DNA of 64,000 bases from Macrostomum lignano (taxonomy: Eukaryota), in the NCBI GenBank assembly GCA_002269645.1, contig NIVC01000362.1, forward strand, positions 124,001 through 188,000, read 5' to 3'. How positions within the stretch are numbered: position 1 is the first letter of the stretch; the number at the start of each line of letters is the position of its first letter. The notes below the pieces were generated by a model, which was not told the origin of the DNA, did not search any database, and saw only the letters and a program-made list of their open reading frames with translations. A program made the position numbers and the translations under genes. Below, piece after piece: positions 50,478 through 61,187 of this stretch.

Positions 50478-52331
50478 ATGGGCAATCCAGTGTCAAAAAT
50501 AATGGACAGTTTTTCTAAGAAGAACCAAGAAACCATGGCTGAAATGCAAAAGCTAACAGTAAGTTCTTGTTGTAATTCTGTGTTCAGTAGTTAGTTATTA
50601 AGTGATTAATAATTGGCTGTCATGAAAAATCTTTTAAAATATAAACAAGTTGCAATTATAAATTTGTTGACTATAGTCTACACTTGTTTGATTGCTAAAT
50701 TAAGAGCAAAAGTACAAACTGTACAATTACTGTAGATACAATTTTCAATATATTTTACTTACAGTAGAAACATCAGAATATTACACCTAAAATTGATAAG
50801 TAAGTCTGTTATTTAAAAAGTGCCTGAAAAGGGCCGTTTTATTGACTCAATGTTGTATACCAAATTCAATCAGTTGTGCCGTCAATTGGAGATGCAAAAC
50901 GCTATGCGAGAGCGCATGATGGCCGCCCAGATTGCCCGAGGCCGCGAGCTGTTCAATTGGACGGCCAGTTTTTATGCGCTGGCTTTTGCTGGCGCCGCCG
51001 CAGCAGCCAGGCATGGCAAGAAAGTCGCCATGGCCCCAATCGTGCCGTTCACCTTTATCATTGCCTACCAGTATGACCTGTGCTACGGGTCTAAGATGCA
51101 GCGAATTCGACGTGAGTTGCTTGTAAAAATATCCTGGAGTTATTGTTTATGCATAGCGTACATGTCATTGTATGCGTGCTGCATGGGCCTACAAGACATG
51201 GTAAAAAGGCATTCTGTTGGAGATCGAATTTTATATAGGCCTAATAATGATGACTCAGTTGAGTCATTTTATCATTATCATTACTCAAGCGCTAATTCAT
51301 TATTTCAATCATCACTTAGACGCCGATTCACTATTCTGTCGTTAATTAGGCACCGATTCACCATTTCATCATTGATTAGGCGCCGATTTACTATTTCATC
51401 ATTGCTTAGGCCTCGATTCACCATTTTATCAATAATTAGGCCCCGATTCACCATTTCATCATTGATTAGGCGCCGATTTACTATTTCATCATTGCTTAGG
51501 CCTCGATTCACCATTTTATCAATAATTAGGCCTCGATTCACCATTTTATCAATAATTAGGCCCCGATTCACCATTTCATTGATTAGGCGCCGATTTACTA
51601 TTTCATCGTTTCTTAGGCGCCGATTCACTATTTCATCATTGCTTAGGCCCCGATTCACCATTTTATCAATAATTAGGCCCCGATTCACCATTTTATTATT
51701 AATTAGGCCCCGATTCACCATTTTATCATTAATTAGGCCCCGATTCATCATTTTATCAATAATTAGGCCCCGATTCACCATTTTATCATTAATTAGGCGC
51801 CGATTCACCATTTTATCATTAATTAGGCCCCGATTCACCATTTTATCATTAATTAGGCCCCGATTCACCATATTATCATTAATTAGGCGCCGATTCACCA
51901 TTTTATCATTAAGTAGGCCCCGATTCACCATATTATCATTAATTAGGCGCCGATTCACCATTTTATCATCAGTCAGGCGCCGGTTCACAATTTATCATCA
52001 GTTAGGCGTCAATTTACCATTTCATAATTAATTAGGCACCGATTCACCATTTCATCATTTGGGCTCCCGTTCACCATATTTAATAGGTCCTAGTTTAGAC
52101 TTTTATCAATATGTGCCCAGGCGCCTTTTCACCAATCCATAATGATTGCCGAAATCATTAGGCATCGTTTCACTACAAAAATCAATTTGCTTTTGTTAAA
52201 ATTGTCCAACTCAAGGCATGGCGGAGAATATTCTGGCTGACGAGTTCGACCTGACTAGCATGCCGAACGGCATGGTGACTCTTGACGAAATCGACCGCAG
52301 GCGTTTGGCTAGCCAATCTCCGGCCAAATAA
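50478..52331 (+). CDS. PLGRKT: Plasminogen receptor KT (C9orf46) homolog, 3 exons (50478-50558, 50874-51111, 52216-52331), 144 aa
   Basis: Spliced MGNPVSK...RQLEMQNAMRERMMAAQIARGRE...PIVPFTFIIAYQYDLCYG..RIR/RMAENIL...PNGMVTLDEID. Matches the PLGRKT motifs I recall (RQLIMQSEMRERQMAMQIA, PIVPLSFILTYQYDLGYG, EAEDIL, PRGMITF). Confidence 0.88.
51310..52050. repeat. 30-bp minisatellite (AGGCCCCGATTCACCATTTTATCATTAATT)
   Basis: About 24 units in PLGRKT intron 2. The unit is stop-free in one frame on each strand, giving spurious long ORFs. Confidence 0.95.
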
Positions 52332-52454
52332 ATGTCCATTGTTGATTTGAAGCCGACAACTTCTGTGTCTGCTTGCCATTGATTCGTGTGTAGTATTAAG
52401 AATGTCCACGATTTTTAAGAGAATATGACGAAGAAATTTAATGGTAATGATGGT

Positions 52455-52856
52455 AAGATAGATAGATAGATTGATTGATAGATTGATAGATTGATTGATA
52501 GATTGATACATAGATTGATAGATTGATTGATAGATTGATAGATAGATAGATAGATAGATTGATTGATAGATTGATAGATTGATAGATTGATTGATAGATA
52601 GATAGATAGATTGATTGATTGATTGATAGATTGATAGATTGATAGATTGATAGATTGATTGATAGATTGATAGATAGATAGATTGATTGATAGATTGATA
52701 GATAGATAGATAGATTGATAGATAGATAGATAGATAGATTGATAGATAGATAGATAGATTGATAGATTGATAGATAGATTGATTGATCGATAGCTTGATT
52801 GATAGATTGATAGATAGATTGATTGATAGATTGATAAATTGATAGATAGATAGATA

Positions 52857-52891
<35 letters not shown>

Positions 52892-53115
52892 AGATTGATA
52901 GATAGATAGATAGAAGATAGATTGATAGATAGATTGATAGATAGATTGATTGATAGATTGATAAATTGATAGATAGATAGATAGATAGATAGATTGATTG
53001 ATTGATTGATTGATAGATTGATAGATAGATAGATCGATAGAAGATAGATTGATAGATAGATTGATAGATTGATTGAGAGATAGATTGATTAATTGATTAA
53101 TGAATAGATAGACAG
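52455..53115. repeat. Compound (GATA)n/(GATT)n microsatellite
   Basis: About 650 bp of interleaved GATA and GATT units. Confidence 0.97.
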
Positions 53116-53844
53116 ACAGTTCTGAGTCATTCTTAGTTCTCTAGTAGCGATCATTCTTAATTACGAGTTATCCTAGTAAGCATTCTGTACCTTCTTGGAA
53201 AAAAGAATTTTTCGTATAGACTTTGTTAACATGTTTTACGAGTACTTGGAATAATCAGGCTTTGCTTTGTGTACAAGTTTTGTGTAGCAAGAGAATATAT
53301 ACTCATAGAGCTATACACTTTCTTAACCTATTAGGGAAACTCTTAATTGTATCTATATAAATTATTTCATTAAACTTTCATAGTTTAATATCCTAATCAT
53401 TTAATGGTATTCTTTTGTTTAAATAAAAAAGTTTCAATGAAAATAAATAGCGTTGCTAAAAATCATGATGTATATTTTATATCACTAGACATCTTAGATA
53501 CTCGTAACTTAATTTCAAGCCTCTTTGACAGTGTTATTTTTGTATATTACACGCCATAGGCGACAGAAGCTTCAGTTTATACCATTAGTTGCAATTATTT
53601 ATAGCGTTCTGAAGCTACATTTATGACGTCACCAGTGAAACAAAAGTTAACATATGCTACTAGCCAGTAGTGTGTCAACTGGTAAAGATCTATTTTGAGC
53701 GAAATTAATTAATTTAAAATTAGATAACCGATCCGCACAGTACAGTTTTCTTGCCTTGCATGAGACAGTGGCTACACTCGTACGTATCAACTATTCGCTT
53801 CCTCGAGTTAATTAATAGCATTTATATCTGTACCTCTAGCTGTG

Positions 53845-54330
53845 TCCTCCATACCCATGTGACCCCTCCCCCATAACCCCCCTCCATACCCATGGGACCC
53901 CTCCTCCCATAGGCCTCCCCATACCCATGTGACCCCTCCCCCATAACCCCCCTCCATACCCATGTGACCCCCCATAACCCCCCTCATACCCATGTGACCC
54001 GCTCATAACCCTTCTCCTCCATATCCATATGACCCCCATACCCCTCGTTCATACCCATGTGACCCCTATACCCCTCGTCCATATCCATGCGGCCCCCACA
54101 CCTCCATATCCATGTGACCCCCCATTAACCCCCCCTCCTCCACATCTATCTGACCTCCCTCAATACCCATGTGACCTCTCCCCAATATATCTATGTGATC
54201 AGCTATCCTCATATCCCTGTACTTCCCCATTGCCCATATGACCTCCCCCATACCCCCGTGCCCTCCTTCACCGCTGCGCTCTCTGACCTCTCCCAAATGC
54301 CCCTGTGCCCTCACCGATGGGCTCTCCCCC
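53845..54330. repeat. C-rich degenerate minisatellite (CCATACCCATGTGACCC..)
   Basis: Repeated CATACCCATGTGACCC cores with C-runs. Confidence 0.85.
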
Positions 54331-56741
54331 ATAGTGCCCCCATGTACCCCCTTTCACGTGATGTGCTGGCGCCGTACCTCACACCTGCCAGTTACTCTAG
54401 CCTATCGAGCTCACCAATATTTGAGTTCGTCCTAGCTCTGCCCGTCGGAGAGCAGCTGAGTACACGCGTTCGTCCGCACAGAGACAATCGAATTACATCT
54501 GGGCCAGTCATGCTGGGATGTTGCAAGTACACCAGTAGGTTATAGCGATCACTAGTCATATGCTTACAGTGGATTGCAGGAATCAATGTCTGACGCGTCT
54601 TCCCCGAGTGCTTGAACAGAGTAAAAAGCCAATTTTATACGAGGCATATGGCACCAATAAGCTGGGCGAGCCTCTTACCTCTAGTTGTCAGAGCACGGTG
54701 CACCAAATGAGGCAGTCACCTGACTTTGGTCGCTAACAGCTGACAAACAATATGGTAGAGACTGCGCTCTCTGTACTTTGCACAATGCATGGGCTTAAAG
54801 GCAGCAAAAATAAAATTTGAAAAGCTACAGTTTGTCGAACAAAATTCTATTCGAAGTGACTCTTCCTAACCTATAAATGACTGTTTTGCTTTTTTCCTTG
54901 ACTCAAGCGATGCACTATGGAGAAGCAATTGAATTTTTCAGTAAGCTGCACAGAATATATTCTGTGGCCTTTAGGTTTAAGTGACTTTAAGGGGCAATTA
55001 GCAACTCTCAAGATGGTCATTGGTTTCATTGCTGGATGAGGAGGAGCTGATGAGTCTGAAGTGCAGAGAAACGCCGCATCTTTTCTGAAGGATGTGGAAG
55101 AAATTACATCCGCTGGTTGCAAAAAGCTAAAATTTTAATGGAAACCAATTACTGCCAACAAGTGGATCGAGTTCATCAGCAAGCTTTGAATTTGAATTAC
55201 GAATTGTCCTAGCGAGGTTACCGCTCCGGCCGGACTACTGTAGGAGACAGTATAGTCAGTAGCTGGAGCTGTTGGGGCTGATGATGGCACCGGCGACGCC
55301 GTTGAAGGTGTCGCACTTGTTGGTTGATCCGTTCGTACATGTGCTAGATCGGTGCTAATTGGCTGTTTCGAAAAATGTCAATCCCAGTGTCTGGCTGCAC
55401 CAGTCACTGGGAAAGGCGGCAGCCGCCGTCTCGACGCTGCATGGTGCATGTACAACGGAGAGCTGTGATATGTTGTGCATGTTCATTGATCAGTGTTACA
55501 GTTCAGTTCATCCATGTACTGAATTTATATTATAACTAAAAATTATTCTCAGGCAAGCAAATTAGGTTCGCAATTAGTCTATGCTCTATGGCTCATGCTG
55601 CTGGGGTCCTATGGGACATGGGGAATAGGCCGAGGCATAACTTTCCGCTGACAAATAAAATCACTTGCAGTTTTGGCAATACATAAGATCACTTCGGCGA
55701 AGTGTTCTCAGCGGTTGGTGAATCGGTTTATCGAAATCGCGGCACGCTACGATGTCTGCTGCATTCAAGAGAGCGACAGACCATGCAGCTTCGGCTATAG
55801 GAAGGTGTGAATTAGCGTCGATGATAGAGATTCCTGCGGTCGTGCTCTTATAGACTGTCTTCTGCTATGAGCGACAGCAGTCGCGGAGGCTGTTTTCATC
55901 CTGGCGATGGCTTTAAAGATCTATCAACCCGATGTGATTGTGATGGATCCGTCTAAATGAAGGGTGTAATAAATCTTGTCTTTTTTCGTTCGTTTTTAGT
56001 AAATAGTACAGTGACAGTGTGCTTATTCTGTCTCGACAAAAAGTGCCCAGTCTGCACCAATCAGAATGTTGGGTCGCGCTTGCATGCAGCTCTTCAGCAC
56101 GTGCTCAACTCCTCGAGCTCTGCTTTTCCGGTTTTCTTAGCAAAGCGACTTCTGCAAGAAATGGTCCAATCTTTTGGTAAGTTAATAAGCCAGGTAAACT
56201 GCTAAATCATGTGTCGATCATGCGGATGCGAAACACTTAAAATCGGGAGAATGTATTATATGTAACTGAATAAGTACGCTTAAAAAACCACATCAAATTA
56301 TACACGGCAGAGTTCATATTTTGTACAAATCGGGTCGAATGGTAAATTAGCGTGGAATCAAATATAATTTTATCTATCGTTGATCTCATTAACATTTGCT
56401 AGTGAAATGACCACTTTAGAAATCCAAATTCCGGAAGGGTCGGTTACCAAACTGTGATTATTCAATGTATCGTAACTGAAGTAAGAAATAGCGTAAGATG
56501 CAAACAAGCTACTTTCAGCAATATGCACTTGTACTACGTGAGGTTACTACAAGTTGAGCTGGTTTTGTTCGATTCTAGCTATAGTTCGCATGCACTTAGC
56601 TAGGACTCGGAAGTTACGCCAAGTTTTGTTGCCTTGTGCTTCATTTACAACTTAATATATATACTCGTAATTTTAACGGAAATTATACGACATGTACAGG
56701 ACAGGATCTCGTACATGTACGGGAATAAATGTATTTAAAAT

Positions 56742-58766
56742 TCAACTAATAACGCACTCCGAATCAGACTGAGGATTTGAATCCCGATTTTGTCGCCTGG
56801 TGGGCCTTTCGTGCCAAGCAGAACCGAATGCACCGACACCAGGAAAACCTGCAGAGAGGCGTCCATGTACATCACCGGCGACTACTCCTACTGCACCAAA
56901 TGTCGGCGGCGTTGTCGGAGGTTCCTGCCTTCGTGACTGCCATGCAAACCTAGTATAATCGGTTCTATCCTCCACTCGTGCATCGATAGCTTTTGTCAGC
57001 TCAGTCAACTTGAAGGAATCTTCCGGATCGAGCCGCTTGGACCCAAGCTTGTCTGTAATGAACTGATCCAAGTCGACGCTCTGGTGCAGGCCTTTCAAGC
57101 ACCTGTGCGCTTTCACGAGTTCGTAGGCCGTTTTCTGCAAAGCCATCTTCGCGTCCATTCCAAGGTGATACTTGAGACGCCTCACAGCACCGCGCTGGTT
57201 CGGATTTTCTCCATACTTCTTGCTCACTCTGTCAATGGGAACAGATTCGTAGTATTCAAACTCCCTCTGTTCGGTGCTGGTGTTTCGGTGAAGTCTCCAG
57301 TGGCAGGCGCACTCTTTACAATACCCATCACTGTTCATGGCACAACACTTGGCTTTATCCTCGTTATTGGGATAGCCACAGTCTGCATGGCACGTTCTTC
57401 GACACCTGATGCACCAAGTGATGCAGGACCGATCATCCCGACTTCTTTCTTCGATTCTGGTGCGCTTAATTCTAAAGTGGCTCTGTCCTGGGCACATTTG
57501 CTCTTGAAGCTGCTTGTTTGAGTCGTGTATGCTGAACAGGTCTTCGATTTCCTTTGCCAATCTTTCTGCTTTTGTCTCAAGTTCTTCCGCGCTTGTAGCG
57601 TCAATTCCTTGTCGAAGCTTTGCATTTAACTCACAGAGGTCGGTAGTTTGGCGACCAAACATGTTCAAAGAGGTGTCCATGCTGCTGTAGGTGAAGACGC
57701 TGTCTAAACTGCCGGCGTGATGAGCTTCAGCAAACTCGTCCGAAGTGCGATGATTCACAAAACTTTGTTGCATCCGCTGTGTGTACTCGCTTTCATGAGT
57801 CTCCAGCTCTCTCTTGTAGCCACGCAGTGTCTCTCCGATTGAAATGTCCAACTCTGCCTCCCGGCTGATCTTGTTCAAAAGGTCCTTGGACTGTTCAAGG
57901 CCGGCCTTCAACGCTTGAAGATACTGGCAGGCATCTTCCAGATGCTGCGTTTTTGCCATTGGGACTGAAGTTGGAACCGACGGGCAAAAGTAGCGCAATG
58001 GAGTGAGATGAATTTCCATTGCTTTGTTTGCATCCCTTGAATCTAACGATTTAAAATACTCTAAAACATCTGGTGGCTCTCTCATTGTCTTCCTTGGCTG
58101 CTTGAAGTCGGTGTGACATTCGATCTGATAACTGCCAGAACTTGAGCGGTTCGACAAGTCAAATTTAGCGAATGATCTGGCAGACTGCCCAGCATCTCTG
58201 ATCCACTGTTCCACCTTCCAATCTACCAGTTCATGACAGTCAGATGTTGCTCGCTCGAAGAAGCTGGACGCATTGGACCAGCCTTTGCAGACAATGAACG
58301 CCTTGCCTCCGTACCGGATTCCTGTCACAACGTGTGTTGCACCAGTGCTTAGTAACTTCTTCTCATTGTCTACAAGCTCGTTGCAGCACTGAAGCTCCTC
58401 AAACGCACCCTTCACGTCGTACTGCAAAGTGACGCTTCCACCGGTCTCGGTGGAGCTTGCCTCGGTGACGTATTTTGCTGATCCTGTCATTGACTTCTCG
58501 CCGAGTTTCCACCAGGCCAATTTGAACTCAATGCAAAACCTCAGCTGGGCGTTCAGCCCCAGCTGTTCCGCTCGGCGCTTCGAGCTGTACTCGTAGTCCA
58601 GAGAAAATCTCACGCTGGGTGCATCATCCAGCCGAGTCGTCATTCGCCGAATTCGATCAGATGGCCAGGCCGACTGTGCAATGATCCGGTGCTGTCGGAT
58701 GTCATACATCTGTCCGAGCTGAAAGGCCCGGCCCAGAGACGGGATGCACTCCGGTTGAGTCTGCAT
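56742..58766 (-). CDS. Stonustoxin-like MACPF/CDC-domain protein with Cys-rich module and C-terminal CaaX, 674 aa, intronless CDS
   Basis: N-terminus PSLGRAFQLGQMYDIR..., GSAKYV, VTLQY and ATHVVTGIRYGGKAF match the stonustoxin/neoverrucotoxin motifs (PALGRPFTLGMLYD, GSAKYL, ATHVVTSILYGANAF). Cys module CIRCRRTCHADC..C..CKECACHW..H. Ends in CVIS. Confidence 0.8.
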   Translation of the reverse strand: MQTQPECIPSLGRAFQLGQMYDIRQHRIIAQSAWPSDRIRRMTTRLDDAPSVRFSLDYEYSSKRRAEQLGLNAQLRFCIEFKLAWWKLGEKSMTGSAKYVTEASSTETGGSVTLQYDVKGAFEELQCCNELVDNEKKLLSTGATHVVTGIRYGGKAFIVCKGWSNASSFFERATSDCHELVDWKVEQWIRDAGQSARSFAKFDLSNRSSSGSYQIECHTDFKQPRKTMREPPDVLEYFKSLDSRDANKAMEIHLTPLRYFCPSVPTSVPMAKTQHLEDACQYLQALKAGLEQSKDLLNKISREAELDISIGETLRGYKRELETHESEYTQRMQQSFVNHRTSDEFAEAHHAGSLDSVFTYSSMDTSLNMFGRQTTDLCELNAKLRQGIDATSAEELETKAERLAKEIEDLFSIHDSNKQLQEQMCPGQSHFRIKRTRIEERSRDDRSCITWCIRCRRTCHADCGYPNNEDKAKCCAMNSDGYCKECACHWRLHRNTSTEQREFEYYESVPIDRVSKKYGENPNQRGAVRRLKYHLGMDAKMALQKTAYELVKAHRCLKGLHQSVDLDQFITDKLGSKRLDPEDSFKLTELTKAIDARVEDRTDYTRFAWQSRRQEPPTTPPTFGAVGVVAGDVHGRLSAGFPGVGAFGSAWHERPTRRQNRDSNPQSDSECVIS

Positions 58767-59732
58767 GTTGAAGTCGTTCGTCAGAATTGCACTGAAATGT
58801 TCGGCAAATGATTGTTAGTGCGAGAAAAGGGTTTGCATCTTTTGAAAATGTAAAATTATAAAGTAATAGGAATAAAATCCTTTTTAAGGTTCTACCGTTT
58901 AACTTGCCCACTAGCGATTTCTCCAGGAAGGGTCGATGTTGTGTCTTGGGTTAAGGGAACTAAAAGTCTACTACAACAAAGGAGATACCAACTATTCTTC
59001 TCTCGCTGATATAATTCCTACTGCACTAATCAAAAGTAAAAAAAAACATAGAAAACAAATTTTGTTTAACAATCCTTATTTTTAATAGCATTTTTTCTGC
59101 AAGCAAATCTTTTGCTAAAAATCTGGATTACATGCTCGAAGTTTAGTGACAGCGAAAAAATGTACCTGTTAAAAATTTAGAATACCAAACACACATCACA
59201 CATCTAGTTAAATATAAATGAAAGTGTATTGTCCTCACAATAAGGAAATTCATGTTTGTTAGTTTTTTACCGATTTGTTCAAGTTAAAACTCAATTATAG
59301 AGCGCAATTTACTGAATAAGATCCACATGAGTGGTAAAAAAGTATACAGCAAGAATTGTATCTGATCTGAATAATTCGTAAAAACAAAAAACACTTATTC
59401 ATAGGTGCGAAAAAAACAAATTATATTAATTTAACAACTAAATAACGCGCTGGGTGGGTTATTATCGCTAAGCAGCAGTATGATATGCGTACGAACCGCG
59501 ACCTATTCTGTTTAACATGCTGTCGCAAGAAAACTGGTGCAAAAAATCCACGGCAAATCAAGTATAGTTGAAAAATTAACGAACTGTATAGAAATTTGTT
59601 GAAATTCCAAGGCAAAAAATCAACGTCTCCTCTACAATTTTGTCTGTTAGAAATAGCAAAATTTCGGCAGTTCACGATTTTACAATCGAATATTGTCGAT
59701 ACTCACAAACAAGGGTGCCGTCAATCTATAAT

Positions 59733-61187
59733 TCAGGAATCCGATGAGAGGTTCCGGAAGGTCACCTGCACTCCGGATGCGTCAGAATCAGGAACCTCGG
59801 ATTGCTCAACAGCTACTAGAGGTTGCACCAATTTGAGCTTTTGATTCCCTGGCGTGGGGCAATATTCTACTAACGTTTTGTAAAATTTCTTCTCGAGCTG
59901 TTTGTTGTTCCAGAGTTTCAATTCAACTTGGTGCTCGAACTTTTGCAGTTCAAACAATTTCATCGGGCAAGACAGGCAGTACATCTTTTGGTTTGGTTCT
60001 GTCATGCTCCTCATGATGAATTCGGCTCTCTGGGCCTGGCTTTTTATTATCTGGGCGCCAGCCTCCCGGAACTTATTGGAAATCACAACCAGAACGTCAC
60101 CGGCATCGGCGACTGCGGTGGCCCATTCCTGCAGGTGAGCGTACTTTTTTCCGGCGTCAAAAAGACCCGTTTTCAACTCAATTTTTCTCACACGATTGGC
60201 AGGCTCAGCCGTGTGATCTAGAACAGCTTCCCTCACAGCATCATCAAGGGAAGACTTGAATGATTCGAGCTCCTGAACTTCCGCTTCCAGCTTCTTCACC
60301 ACGTGAGTCCACGCTGTCGGTCTCAGCTTGTAAATAATTTCCTCCAGAGTAGTCAGAGCTTCTTTCAGCACATCGTAGCAGCGAACAGTTTTGCAGATGC
60401 ACGTGGGCGGTAGTGGCAGGGGCGCTGGTGGAGTGTCTTCAACCAGCAGTGACAGAGGAAGCAGGTTGACCGTCAGTGGCGATCTAGCTTCAGCAGCTTG
60501 GATTGTTTGAATGCACTTCATGGCTTCAATGAAGTTGGTCGGTGGGCTGGCCAGGTGGAAGTCTCCCTTGTAGGCAACTCGGATCTTCTGCATGACTTTC
60601 GTTTCCTCCGACGTCATGTCAAGCGAGGCAGCTCCAGAGATGCTGACCAACGATGCAAACTTGCCAATCTGAGCTTGCAAATTGCCTCCGGTTTTGTCGC
60701 TCGTTGCGGAGTCTTCTTTGTCCCGCTCGAAAAAGAACAGAGCGGCTCCGCCATACTGAATTCCCATTACTACGTGAGTCGCATCTTTGTAGCTCGCTGA
60801 GCTCTTCAGCTTCAAACCCGGTGGGACAACAAGTTCCCAATACTTTCCTTGAACTTGCAGTCGATATATGGCGCTCTCCGTCTCTTTCTTCTCTTTTAAG
60901 GTAGTCTGGTAGTTCCCGGAGCCGCTAGCGGACACTAGTCCCGATAGAATTGACAGCGACAGATTTCCGGTCACTTTTGTGCTCAGGTTTTTGCTGTTCG
61001 CTGACGTTTCTGTGACGATATCGGTCTCCATGCTGATGTTCTTAGTTTCGGTCAGCATAATCTGCATCTGCTCAGCGGTGAATAACTTGACTCCGGGGAT
61101 GATTTGGCTGGTCCTGCTGTTGTACAGTGCACCAAGGGTGAATGGATGGCCCACCGCAGGAATGGTGAGAGAGCTCGATGTTGTCAT
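59733..61187 (-). CDS. Stonustoxin-like MACPF/CDC-domain protein (second subunit), 484 aa from the ATG at 61187, intronless CDS
   Basis: IPAVGHPFTLGALYNSR..IIPG, LSLSILSGLVSASGSGNY, ATHVVMGIQYGGAALFFF and YKGDFHLASPPTNF align with the SNTX alpha/beta N-terminal domain. A helical region follows. No PRYSPRY domain is recognisable. Confidence 0.85.
   Translation of the reverse strand: MTTSSSLTIPAVGHPFTLGALYNSRTSQIIPGVKLFTAEQMQIMLTETKNISMETDIVTETSANSKNLSTKVTGNLSLSILSGLVSASGSGNYQTTLKEKKETESAIYRLQVQGKYWELVVPPGLKLKSSASYKDATHVVMGIQYGGAALFFFERDKEDSATSDKTGGNLQAQIGKFASLVSISGAASLDMTSEETKVMQKIRVAYKGDFHLASPPTNFIEAMKCIQTIQAAEARSPLTVNLLPLSLLVEDTPPAPLPLPPTCICKTVRCYDVLKEALTTLEEIIYKLRPTAWTHVVKKLEAEVQELESFKSSLDDAVREAVLDHTAEPANRVRKIELKTGLFDAGKKYAHLQEWATAVADAGDVLVVISNKFREAGAQIIKSQAQRAEFIMRSMTEPNQKMYCLSCPMKLFELQKFEHQVELKLWNNKQLEKKFYKTLVEYCPTPGNQKLKLVQPLVAVEQSEVPDSDASGVQVTFRNLSSDS

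Noticed and set aside
50820-52031. 403-aa plus-strand and 227-aa minus-strand repetitive ORFs
   Set aside because: Read-through of PLGRKT exon 2 into a 30-bp intronic minisatellite. A good GTGAGT donor at 51112 and the conserved exon 3 explain the locus.
55690-55950. Kinase-like words (HFGEVFSAV, MALKIY)
   Set aside because: Short, separated by stop codons, and no HRD or DFG motifs. Compatible with chance.
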